Assembly: GCA_016839555.1 (NCBI GenBank)
Contig: JAEOUA010000006.1
Span: forward strand, 1 to 64,000
From: Promethearchaeota archaeon
Lineage (GTDB): Archaea > Asgardarchaeota > Lokiarchaeia > Sigyniarchaeales > SOKP01
Length of the DNA stretch: 64,000 bases
Reading direction: 5' to 3'
The first letter of the stretch is position 1, and every line of letters begins with the position of its first letter. This document shows positions 38,352 through 48,090 of the stretch, piece by piece. A program made the translations under genes and the position numbers. The notes under the pieces were generated by a model. The model was not told where the DNA came from. It made no database searches and saw nothing but the letters and a program-made list of their open reading frames with translations.

Positions 38352-39488
38352 TCATATTTTTATCTCTAACAAATTATGAAATAATTTTTCTTCCACAATA
38401 CAAATTTTGTTTATTTCTTTTGAAAGCTCGGAAAGATCAACCATTTTTAAACAATCATCTTTAAAATTCTCTGCAGCTTTTTTTAATGTATTCGCAAATT
38501 CCGTCCATTTTTGAGCAGAATCACTGATCATTGGGATACAATTTTCAATAATTTGTATCTCCTCTTTAGTCCATGATTTTGGGCCTTGCGTAAATGTTGG
38601 AGTCTTAATGATTTCTTCTAAGAACGACTTATATAAATTTCGAAATAAAGCACCTCCCGTACCCCATTCCTCAATATAACCATAAATCAATTCAAAATTA
38701 AGTCCCGCAAGTAAATATTCTTTATGATTATAAGGATTTTTAATAATTTTGTTGAAAGTCTCATTCCAAGTTAGAATTTTCTCAGCAAAATTCTTTAATC
38801 CTTGTAAACCATTGTTGCTCATCGAAGGTCGTAGCATATGATTTACTACCTTTTGAATTGCCAACTTTACTCCTGCTGAGAATGGAGGATGTTTTCCATC
38901 TAGGCGAGGTTGCATTGAATATTGGGCATTTTTTGGGTGTAAAAAGGAAGTTCCATACTCTGAGCTTCTTGCTTTTTTTAGATTTTCTAATGGTATTGCT
39001 TGAAAACCCTTAAAATCGCTGTCTCCTACATACGCAATTCCCTGGGTTTCATCAAATCCACCAAGTGTAATAAAATGTCCACCAAAATGAATATTTTCTT
39101 TCAGTTCCATATAATCTAAATATGCTAAATCGACTTGAAGCATTAATGGAATATCTTGGAGTATGAGTTTTTTTGCTTCTTCCCACGCTTTCTCCGAACT
39201 TGTGAATGATTGTTTGCGAAGAGTGATCCCTAAAAGACGGCATGCCAAGGAGTTGGGATTAATAGAGTCTTGTTTCCCTCCTACAAAAAGAGGAAGATCA
39301 GTAGTATCACCTCCTCTAAAATTTGAAATTCCATCAAAAAACCCAAAACCGAGGGTGCCATCCAGTCCAAATGCCATTGCTTCGGTCATTGGGAATCCAT
39401 AAAATTCAAACATATCTCTTAATGAGGAAGATTCACAATGCACTCCAACACTATGCTTAAAATCCTCTATAATATATTTATCTTTCAT
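38352..39488 (-). CDS. BtrH_N/DUF4872 NlpC/P60-like (papain-fold) protein
   Basis: GVHCESSSLRD..TEAMAFGL, VDLAYLDY, HFGGHFITLGGFD, LKKARSS, GTGGALFRNLY..FL. Confidence 0.82.
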   Translation of the reverse strand: MKDKYIIEDFKHSVGVHCESSSLRDMFEFYGFPMTEAMAFGLDGTLGFGFFDGISNFRGGDTTDLPLFVGGKQDSINPNSLACRLLGITLRKQSFTSSEKAWEEAKKLILQDIPLMLQVDLAYLDYMELKENIHFGGHFITLGGFDETQGIAYVGDSDFKGFQAIPLENLKKARSSEYGTSFLHPKNAQYSMQPRLDGKHPPFSAGVKLAIQKVVNHMLRPSMSNNGLQGLKNFAEKILTWNETFNKIIKNPYNHKEYLLAGLNFELIYGYIEEWGTGGALFRNLYKSFLEEIIKTPTFTQGPKSWTKEEIQIIENCIPMISDSAQKWTEFANTLKKAAENFKDDCLKMVDLSELSKEINKICIVEEKLFHNLLEIKI

Positions 39489-40093
39489 TTATATTCACTC
39501 ATATCTTCTTCTTTTTTTGAATAATCTTGTGGACCTATTTGTCCTTTTCCCTTTTTTACTTCTTCTAAAGCCCACCTTAAAAATTTTAAATCTGTTTTTA
39601 ATATTTCAATGGGATGAATGAATAATCCTGTTACATTTATCGGCATCTGAGAGTTTTCCTCAAGCATTTGTTCTAATTCCTTGATATGCGTTTTTATTTT
39701 TTGTATTGAATGAGAAATTGCCTCTATTTGCTGATCTTTGCTGAGGAGTGGAAGCATAGAAAACGCTACATAATAATTTTCATCATTTCTGCCGTAATAT
39801 TCTTTTAATACATTATATGTTTTGTTTTTTAAGATGTCAAGCCCATATGAAGTAATTCTATATACACGTCTTATTCTATTATCTACTTCTTCAGTATAGG
39901 ATTCCACCAATCCATCATCATCTAATAGGTTTAAATCACTATAGATCGAGGAAGTACCGATATTAGTCCAGTCTCTCATTCCTCGATCTTCAATCTTTTT
40001 ATCAAGGAGATACGCATGGCTGGGTTCTTCACAAATGAGGCCTAATACAATATATTGCCTATGTGTTAATTCGTAAGTCTTTTCGTTTGACAT
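39485..40093 (-). CDS. PadR-family transcriptional regulator
   Basis: VLGLICEEPSHAY, MRDWTNIGTSSIYSDL..L..GLV, RRVYRITSYG. Confidence 0.92.
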   Translation of the reverse strand: MSNEKTYELTHRQYIVLGLICEEPSHAYLLDKKIEDRGMRDWTNIGTSSIYSDLNLLDDDGLVESYTEEVDNRIRRVYRITSYGLDILKNKTYNVLKEYYGRNDENYYVAFSMLPLLSKDQQIEAISHSIQKIKTHIKELEQMLEENSQMPINVTGLFIHPIEILKTDLKFLRWALEEVKKGKGQIGPQDYSKKEEDMSEYK

Positions 40094-40559
40094 TGGAGGA
40101 AAAGGTGATTTGAATTGTTATTCAATATTATATTATTATAATATTATATATTAAGAATATTATTGAGCGAGAGTATTTAAAATTATGTATTTTTTAAATT
40201 TTATTTCTATGTGATTTATTAATAACTATTTTAAGTAAATCATTTGAACCTATTTTTTATAAAATAAGAGGATATTTCTCAATATTAATAAAAATAACAA
40301 TTAAAAGATTGTATAGAAGTATTGTAGACTTCTTAATCCTTTAATTATTTGAAATAATATAAATAAATCTAGCTATAAAGAAATTAGAGTTTCTAAATGC
40401 CAAATATAACTAGCTATTAGAGTAATATTGATATATAGAAAGCTTTAAATCTTATAAATTCTGATTTTAATTCATTCTTTATGAATACTAAAAAATATAA
40501 AGATGATTTGTTATTTAAATAAATAAAAATATCAAAAAAACATACTGAGTGTTAACTAA

Positions 40560-42026
40560 ATGGTAGATATAAAATTACAGATATGGGATCCTCCAGGAGA
40601 ACGATATATGTCGTTAAGCTCACTGTATAAAGGATCTCATGGGGTCTTACTTGTTTTTGATTTATCAAATAAAGAGAGCTTTTATGATGCGAAATTGCAA
40701 GAAATAATTGAATTTGTTAAAGAGAATACCTCAGGCCCCATAATACTTATAGCAAATAAAGTAGATTTAGTAAGTTTGGATCAATCTGAGATAAAAAAAG
40801 AGGACATAGCAGCATTTCGATCAAAATATGATATATTAGAGTTTATTATTACTTCTGCAAAAACTGGTGAAAATATTGACTTAGCCTTTCAAACATTAAC
40901 TGATTTAATGGTTAAAGAAAAATTGGAACAAGAAAGTTTAGGTAAAACATTAATTTTTAAAGTTGCTATAGCTGGTATAAATAGTGTCGGAAAAACCTCG
41001 ATAATACAACGCTATATTAATAAATCTTTCCAGAAGGAGTATAAAATGACTATTGGAGTACAATTCTACACTAAAGATGTTAAATATGAACCCGATCTTA
41101 TCTCCGATCTTAGAGGGGAAAAACAATTAGAATCTATTTCAAGAAGGATTGAAACTGAAGAAGAACCAGAGGAATTACTTGAGAAAGTAGATTTTGACAG
41201 AGAAAAAAAAATAGCATCTGCTGTTGAAGAACTGAAAAAGAGAGACGCTATTAAAAAAGCTAGGAAAGCTGAGGAGGATAGAATAAGTTTAGCTAAAGAT
41301 CGAGAGAAAGTTAAAGAACAACTCCAAAAACCTCTTGCAGGAATGCCGAAAATGGCTCCCGCAATGCCAGTACCAGAAGGTGTCGCTAAAAAAGTTGAAA
41401 GAAAGGCGACCGTATTTTATAAAGAGCGAATGAATCCAATGAAATTGAATAGGATGGCAGTAATAATTTCAACAAAAGAATTATATGAAGCTTTAAAAAT
41501 TGAGAGAGAAGAGATTATACGTGCGGCTACTGGTAAAACTTATGAAATTGAAAAGGAGATTCCCATATTATATGTAGAGCCAATAATCCCTGGATGTATC
41601 TGTGTTCCTTCCACAGGAAAGCTGGATGCTAGAAAAGAGTATGATCATGAGCTATTTTTAATTACTCCATTAGAGGCGGGAGAAATTCCTGATGCCAGAG
41701 TTGATATTTATTATAAAGAGAAATTAATCGACTCTATTCCAACTCCAATAGAGGTTGTAAAAACAACTATGGTAAAAATCAGTTCCGCGTTCGCCATAAT
41801 TTTCCCTATAATAGGAGTGTTATTTGATCAGTGGTTAGATACCGTCTTTAAAATCATTATTCCCTTTTATGAGGCAATAGGAGGATTAGAAGGATTTATT
41901 GCGATTTTAACGGGAGCGTTTGCGCTAATGACTGCGATATTTTATTACTTTAGGAAACCCAAAGATGCGAAGCCTGCGGAGTCGAAGTCTCTCCCTGAAG
42001 TAGTAAGTGCGGTCTCTAAGGAGTAA
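40560..42026 (+). CDS. circularly permuted Rab-like small GTPase with coiled-coil, beta-rich domain and two C-terminal TM helices
   Basis: Motif order: KLQIWDPPGE (G3, aa5-14), NKVD (G4, aa66), SAK (G5, aa99), GINSVGKTS (G1, aa139), TIGVQF (G2, aa164). TMs ISSAFAIIFPIIGVLF and FIAILTGAFALMTAIFYYF. Confidence 0.85.
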   Translation: MVDIKLQIWDPPGERYMSLSSLYKGSHGVLLVFDLSNKESFYDAKLQEIIEFVKENTSGPIILIANKVDLVSLDQSEIKKEDIAAFRSKYDILEFIITSAKTGENIDLAFQTLTDLMVKEKLEQESLGKTLIFKVAIAGINSVGKTSIIQRYINKSFQKEYKMTIGVQFYTKDVKYEPDLISDLRGEKQLESISRRIETEEEPEELLEKVDFDREKKIASAVEELKKRDAIKKARKAEEDRISLAKDREKVKEQLQKPLAGMPKMAPAMPVPEGVAKKVERKATVFYKERMNPMKLNRMAVIISTKELYEALKIEREEIIRAATGKTYEIEKEIPILYVEPIIPGCICVPSTGKLDARKEYDHELFLITPLEAGEIPDARVDIYYKEKLIDSIPTPIEVVKTTMVKISSAFAIIFPIIGVLFDQWLDTVFKIIIPFYEAIGGLEGFIAILTGAFALMTAIFYYFRKPKDAKPAESKSLPEVVSAVSKE

Positions 42027-42281
42027 ATTTTTTTTTTAATTTTAATATTTATTTCGAATTATAAAATCTCTTAAGATTTTAAGACACATTTGTTTAGACA
42101 ATTTATTATAAATTAATTATATTATTCAATTTAGATTAATTATTAAGATTTAAATTTAAAAACTAAAAATCTTTCTTCGAATTCATAAATATTTTAATCT
42201 TCCTAATGAAGAGTTGATTAAAGAAAAAAATAAAAAATAGAAATTAGCTTTAAAAGATATGTATTTTAAAAAAATTTTTTA

Positions 42282-43082
42282 TTATACCTTTCTCACGCTT
42301 TTTGGAGCGCGGGGGGGTACTCGATTATATTTCACGCTTGGATATCCGAGGGTAAATGCACAAGCAGTTGTTCCTGAAGCTCGAATCAGTCTTTTTATCT
42401 TATTGTTAATTTCTAGAGCCATTAAAGTCCATCCATGATAGCAAGTTCCTAATCCGAGTGACTGGGCTGCTAATCTCCCATAGGTAAGGATATTTCCAAT
42501 ATTTATGAAGTTCACGGTCATTGGCATGGTAGTATGGACTACTATGAGATGAGGGGCATTGAAAAATAAATTTTTACCTTCTTCTTCCAAATGTTTGAAT
42601 GTAGGCCCAAATCTAGCGTTAAAATTTGGATGACTCTCAATAGCTTCCCGAATGGCACTCGAAATTTCTTCTAATTTTTCAGAGTCAGAGATTACAGTGA
42701 AATTTTCTGATCTTACATTGGCTCCAGTAGGAGCATATTGCATTACATTCAATATTTTTTCAATCATGTCATCGGGAACTTTGTCTTTTTTATAACGTCG
42801 AATAACTCTAAGAGCACTAAGGAATTTAAAAAGGTCATTATATGATATAATACTTTCAAGATTTCTAATACCTTCAAATGTGAAGGTTTCACCCATATCT
42901 TCGTGAAGAATTGCATCCTCAGGGCACACAGAAATACAATGACCACATAATATACATCTATTATTTGGATCAGCATAGATTAATTTTCCCTCTTCATTTT
43001 CATGATAAAGAAAAGCGGGGCATTCTCGGACACATTCCATGCAACTTGTACATTTATCGTAATCTATTCCCAATATTGGCAT
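42282..43082 (-). CDS. nitroreductase family protein with N-terminal 2x[4Fe-4S] ferredoxin
   Basis: CTSCMECVRECP, CILCGHCISVCP, RVIRRYK, YAPTGAN, LGLGTC, LGYP. Confidence 0.92.
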   Translation of the reverse strand: MPILGIDYDKCTSCMECVRECPAFLYHENEEGKLIYADPNNRCILCGHCISVCPEDAILHEDMGETFTFEGIRNLESIISYNDLFKFLSALRVIRRYKKDKVPDDMIEKILNVMQYAPTGANVRSENFTVISDSEKLEEISSAIREAIESHPNFNARFGPTFKHLEEEGKNLFFNAPHLIVVHTTMPMTVNFINIGNILTYGRLAAQSLGLGTCYHGWTLMALEINNKIKRLIRASGTTACAFTLGYPSVKYNRVPPRAPKSVRKV

Positions 43083-43579
43083 ATTTTAAATACCTCTTTA
43101 TAATCTTATCATAATTCTTTTTTATTTCGAAATAGATTAAAATTAATTAAAAATTTTTTAAAGATGATTTAAAATGGGACTATAGAGGTTATTAAGTAAT
43201 TACTAAATATTAATTTTTATATGAAATTAATAGATTTATAAAAATTTTGAATTCTTTCGAGATCTTTAAGATATTTTAATAAGGATTTAAGAAAAATATC
43301 CATGAATTAAGCATTCAGAATCTTTATATGGCATAATATCTTCAGAAAACTCTTTTAATTGCTTTTTAAATTTATTTTCATAAATAAGATGAAAAATTAA
43401 GAGGTGTTAATATAAAAAAACCTATAGATTTGTAAAATTAATTTAGGTATATACTGCTATAGAGTAAAGATTATAAATTCTATCGGTATTTTTATCTTAT
43501 AATAATTTATTCCAGTCTAAAAAAATAATAAAATTGAACTGAATATAATTAATTTCATTATATGCGGAATTTTAGCTGT

Positions 43580-44311
43580 ATGGATTACTATAAACGTATT
43601 ATAAAGGACGAAATTGCTAAAGAATATCCCCTTGGGCTTCCCAGAGGGACTATTAGAGCTTTAACAACCCTTCTTATTGTTACTTTCCCCTTCTCTTACT
43701 TATTGTTTAATCAGGCAATCCCCGGATATATCATAAATGCAATTTTTATTTTGACGGCATTTTATTTTGAGGCGAGAAAAACTATTAAATTCCGAATAGA
43801 AACAATAATTAAAGAGATGAAGCCGGATTTTGACCTAACTTTGGAATAAAAAAAAGAGATATATCCCCTCTATTTTCCTAAGTATTCTGTGCGTATTTCA
43901 TTAGTTCTTATTATCTTCTTAATCCTTATTCTCAATTATTTTGGTCCTCAAGTTGCATTTGAATATACAAATACTCTCTTAGATCTCATGTTTATAATAG
44001 TTGGCTATATTATCGGCTCAATTTTTAGAGCATATAAGAATAAAAAAGAAGCGGAACGAATAAAGGAGCAAATTAGGAATTTAAAGGATTTTGAAACGCT
44101 TACAGATGTTCAAATAATAGAGAAATTAGTAGTTGAGAAGCCTAAAAAATGGCAATTACATGGTAAAGGTATTTTTTCCATTCTAATGTTTAGCGCTATA
44201 ACTGTTGCTTTGATTTTTTACACCATTAATTTCGATATAGAGATTTCTATTTTTTCTCTAAGGGAGATTTTATTATTAACAATAAATCCATATTATGGAT
44301 TTAGAGATTAA
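43580..44311 (+). pseudogene. membrane protein (PLGLPRG repeat type) interrupted by one in-frame TAA
   Basis: ORFs 43562-43849 and 43889-44311 are in the same frame. Read-through of TAA 43847-43849 gives KKEIYPLYFPKYSVRISL, a repeat of EYPLGLPRGTIRAL. Confidence 0.78.
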
Positions 44312-44386
44312 CTAAGAATTTACAAAATTAAAACTCTTTTATTTCAAATTTTTTTTACTTTTTCTCTATTTTTTATTGTTCTTTTT

Positions 44387-44998
44387 CTAAACTTTTTTTC
44401 CAAAGATCCAATATTGATATTCTCCCCCTCTCTGAAGAACTCCCTCAAAAAATATAGAAAAGCCAGCTTTCTGAACAAGCTCTAAGGTTTCCTTAGGAGA
44501 ATAATTACTCCAAAACATTGGCACTCCAAAAAAATTGCTTACTCCTTCTGAACCAGATACGCCTGAATTAATCATTAATATTCCCTCGGGCTTGAGAACT
44601 CTATAAAATTGCTTAAAAATATCCAAATGGTTTTTTCTGGGAATATGAAACAATGTATATACTGAAATAATTCCATCAAATAAATTTTCAGAAAACTCTA
44701 ATTTGTTTGCATCCATTTTAATAAATTCGGCCTGAGGAACATTTTGTCGAGCTAATTTGAGCATAGTTTCTGAGATATCAATTCCGGTGACCTTAATTCC
44801 TTTTTCGCTTAAGAATTTGGCAGTGGGAATCCCAGCACCACATCCTACATCTAATACATGAGCATCTTTTGGTATTAATTTAGAAAAACTTTCCAGCTCA
44901 GAACTAAATTTATTAATATCTCTGTTAGAATAATAATCTTGCGCGATTTGATTATAACCTTTTTCTACCATCTGTGTTTCTAACATATATTTTTTCAT
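44387..44998 (-). CDS. class I SAM-dependent methyltransferase
   Basis: VLDVGCGAGIP, GIDIS, FDGIISVYTLFHIP, VLKPEG, MFWS. Confidence 0.92.
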   Translation of the reverse strand: MKKYMLETQMVEKGYNQIAQDYYSNRDINKFSSELESFSKLIPKDAHVLDVGCGAGIPTAKFLSEKGIKVTGIDISETMLKLARQNVPQAEFIKMDANKLEFSENLFDGIISVYTLFHIPRKNHLDIFKQFYRVLKPEGILMINSGVSGSEGVSNFFGVPMFWSNYSPKETLELVQKAGFSIFFEGVLQRGGEYQYWIFGKKV

Positions 44999-45166
44999 AC
45001 CCTATATTATTATACTTTAAGAAATGAAATCTATATATGCAATTAAGATTATAGCTGATAAATCATAAAATAATCAAACAAACCAAATTACTCTAAAAAT
45101 AGTTAAGACTGATTTTTTTTTAATTTATTAATAGAATTCTTTTCAATTATTCTAAGAATAAATTAA

Positions 45167-46363
45167 TCATTCAATATGAATAGGATAACTTCCATATTCT
45201 TCTAAGGTGTTATACATTGCCAAAAAGTTTTCCAATTTAACTGCGGGATTAATACTATGTCCAGAGCTTAATATATATCCTCCGTTAGGGCCAAGAGTCT
45301 TAATGAGGTTTTTAGTATAATCTCTTATATATTGTGGATCTTTATCAAATAAATCTTGAGGCGATACGTTGCCTATAAACGTTAATTTATCCCCATATTG
45401 CTTATGGAGCTTAAAAATATCATATTCTGGATTGGCGGTGGTTGGTTCAATTGGATGGATGGCATCTACTCCAATATCAACCACGTCTTTAAATAGCGGA
45501 AAAACATCCCCACAACTATGCAAGATGATTTTTACACCGTGTTTATGAGCTATGTTGCAGATTTCTTCTATCCAGGGTAATATATATTCTCTATAATTCT
45601 TAGGACTCATCAATAAGCCAGATTTATAGCCATAATCATCATAAATCAATATTACCCCATCCTCGCCCCAGTCTATAAAGGCCTTCACCAAGTCTACCGC
45701 AAATTGTCCTCTGTCATCAAACACGTTTTTTAGTTTGCCTTCTGACGCTAATAGTTTGCTAAAGTTGGTAAATCCAAAAGATTGCCATGTAGATTCAAAA
45801 ATTCCCCATATTGAAGGAATAACAAATATTTCTCCATTATATTCCTTCTCTATTTTTTTCATGGTCTTAAAATATTTCTCTCTTCTTGGATCTCTAGGTT
45901 CTGGCGATTCAAAATCACTATATTCCTCAAAATTAGAGAAATAACCTGTTTTATAATATGCAATATCCATTTGATCTGAAGGATTCCTCTTTAAATCAAA
46001 AATACGCCCATATTCATCAATAAAATAATCTTTATAGCAAATTTTTGGAAATAAAATATAGCCGGTAAAGGGAACTGTCGCCATATCGATTCCGATTTTA
46101 TGGTATAAATTCAGGTGTTGTTTTAAGGTATTTTTTAAATAAGATTTAGTCTCGGTTGCTTTCAAGATTGTATTAGTTAATGCTTCAATATCTCCTTGGC
46201 ATAACTCATTTGTTTTTTCAAAACTCTCGATAAGCCCTTGGAATACATATTTTTCTCCAAAATGCTCACAAATTTTTAGATTATCAATGGAAAGTTCAAA
46301 AGAAGGAACTTTATCTGGTTCTTCATGATTAATTGCATTTAATACTCTTTCTTTTGCATTCAT
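45167..46363 (-). CDS. uroporphyrinogen decarboxylase/MtaA-like family protein
   Basis: ERVLNAINHEEPDKVP, DEYG, YDDYG, MSP, LHSCGD, HPIEP, GNVS, GGYILSSGHSI. Confidence 0.9.
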   Translation of the reverse strand: MNAKERVLNAINHEEPDKVPSFELSIDNLKICEHFGEKYVFQGLIESFEKTNELCQGDIEALTNTILKATETKSYLKNTLKQHLNLYHKIGIDMATVPFTGYILFPKICYKDYFIDEYGRIFDLKRNPSDQMDIAYYKTGYFSNFEEYSDFESPEPRDPRREKYFKTMKKIEKEYNGEIFVIPSIWGIFESTWQSFGFTNFSKLLASEGKLKNVFDDRGQFAVDLVKAFIDWGEDGVILIYDDYGYKSGLLMSPKNYREYILPWIEEICNIAHKHGVKIILHSCGDVFPLFKDVVDIGVDAIHPIEPTTANPEYDIFKLHKQYGDKLTFIGNVSPQDLFDKDPQYIRDYTKNLIKTLGPNGGYILSSGHSINPAVKLENFLAMYNTLEEYGSYPIHIE

Positions 46364-46486
46364 CGTTATATATAAAATAATTTATGAATTTTAAAAAAAT
46401 CGGAAAAAAAAGAAGATCTTATAGAAGTGAAATTTTTAATCTATCCATCAATTTTTATTTTAATTAAAAGTAGAGGTATATAATAT

Positions 46487-48037
46487 TTGAAAATAGCTAT
46501 AATAGGATCAGGCTTATCTGGACTGACTGCAGCAGCATATTTGGCTCAAAAAGGACACAGTGTAACGGTATTTGAACAATATAAACGGGCGGGAGGGGTT
46601 ACTGCACCTTCAGAAAAGAATGGATATAAATGGGATTTAGGACAATTAATAATAGAAGGATTAGGCCCGAATGAGCCTTTAGGATTAATTCTATCAGAAT
46701 TAGGTATTGAAAATTTAGAGATTGAGGTAGAAGATCGTGGATATGTATTTCCTTCTCTTGAGATTAATAAACCAACTAATTATAAGGGATTCAAATGGCG
46801 AATTAATTATCTAAAGAACTTATTTCCTGAGGATAGTAAAGGTTTAGATCAATACTGGCGAGATTATATTAATTTTACGCGAATCATGACGTATGCGAGA
46901 AGAATGGAACGAGTCTCTGGGATAAAATCATTTTATTGGAAGATGCGATTATTTATTAAATTATTGACCTCAGGTTTATTTTCAAAGAAAGATTGGAGCG
47001 CTACAGAGCTTATGAAACATTACTTTTCTAATGAGACATTACAATTAGTATTTATCTCTATCATTGCGGACTTTTTTACACCCCCAAGTAAATTCTTGGG
47101 ATTAGGAATCTTTAGCTTAAATCCCGAAACAATTTACGATAAGCGTATGCCTAAATTTATCGACAAGAATACAGAACAAATCTATTGTTATAATATTTTG
47201 GGGGGAATAAGTTCGATGGTTGATGCGCTTGTTGATAGAATAGAGAATTTAGGAGGGTCCGTCAAATTAAATACTAAAATTAAGAAAATTCTTATTGAGG
47301 AAAACAAAGTACAAGGGGCAATGGATGATCGAGGAAATAAGAGTTTGGCAGATGTCGTGATCGCAGCAGGAAGCGCAAAAAAGACTTTTTTTGACTTAAT
47401 AGGAAAAGAATATCTTTCCACGGAACTTATTGAAAAAGTAAATAATCTTAAATTAATGGAATCGGTTTTTATGGTTCATCTAGGACTTAATGAAAACTAC
47501 GATCCCTCAAAATTTAATCAAGGATATACTGTAAGATATTATTATGGAATTGATACTACTAAAGAATTGGAAGAAGGAATTAATGATGAACGAAAGGGTT
47601 CATATCACGAAGGCAAAAAGGGATTTGTAGTTCATATTCCTAGCCTTCATTCGCCAGAAATGGCACCTCAAGGACATCATGCAATGACAATATATACCAT
47701 TTGTCCTAATAAATTAAATCAAGGAACTTGGAAAGAAAGAAAAGAAGAATATACTGATAAATTGCTTAATTACGCTGAAAAATATTTTCCAGACTTGAAG
47801 AAACACATTGATACTCAAGTGATTATGACACCCGAAGACTTTCGTAATCGAGTATATGTGGATCATCATGCATTTGGGGGATTAGCTCCATATATCGAAA
47901 ATCCTAGAATTTCGTTTCAAACGCCGATTGAAGGATTATGGTTTATAGGGGCCCAGAGTGAAAGTGGTGGTGGCGTAAATAATGTAATTCCTGGGGCCTA
48001 TAAAACAGCAAAAAAAATAGTGAAATTATCTCACTAA
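46487..48037 (+). CDS. phytoene desaturase (CrtI-like) family FAD oxidoreductase
   Basis: IIGSGLSGL..AA.L..G..V.VFE..GG, SVFMVHLG, APQG, TPEDF, TPIEGLWFIG..GGGV. Confidence 0.85.
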   Translation: MKIAIIGSGLSGLTAAAYLAQKGHSVTVFEQYKRAGGVTAPSEKNGYKWDLGQLIIEGLGPNEPLGLILSELGIENLEIEVEDRGYVFPSLEINKPTNYKGFKWRINYLKNLFPEDSKGLDQYWRDYINFTRIMTYARRMERVSGIKSFYWKMRLFIKLLTSGLFSKKDWSATELMKHYFSNETLQLVFISIIADFFTPPSKFLGLGIFSLNPETIYDKRMPKFIDKNTEQIYCYNILGGISSMVDALVDRIENLGGSVKLNTKIKKILIEENKVQGAMDDRGNKSLADVVIAAGSAKKTFFDLIGKEYLSTELIEKVNNLKLMESVFMVHLGLNENYDPSKFNQGYTVRYYYGIDTTKELEEGINDERKGSYHEGKKGFVVHIPSLHSPEMAPQGHHAMTIYTICPNKLNQGTWKERKEEYTDKLLNYAEKYFPDLKKHIDTQVIMTPEDFRNRVYVDHHAFGGLAPYIENPRISFQTPIEGLWFIGAQSESGGGVNNVIPGAYKTAKKIVKLSH

Positions 48038-48090
48038 GACTTTTTATGACTTTATTCTCTTTTTTTTATTTATCATCTAATATAATTTTT

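Noticed and set aside
40094-40200. PadR operator palindrome (TATAATATTATA)
   Set aside because: It is purely A/T in a very AT-rich spacer and not distinguishable from chance.
43847-43849. Selenocysteine/pyrrolysine read-through
   Set aside because: The stop is TAA, not TGA or TAG. I saw no in-frame TGA/TAG at a catalytic position in any gene in the window, including the methyltransferase module.
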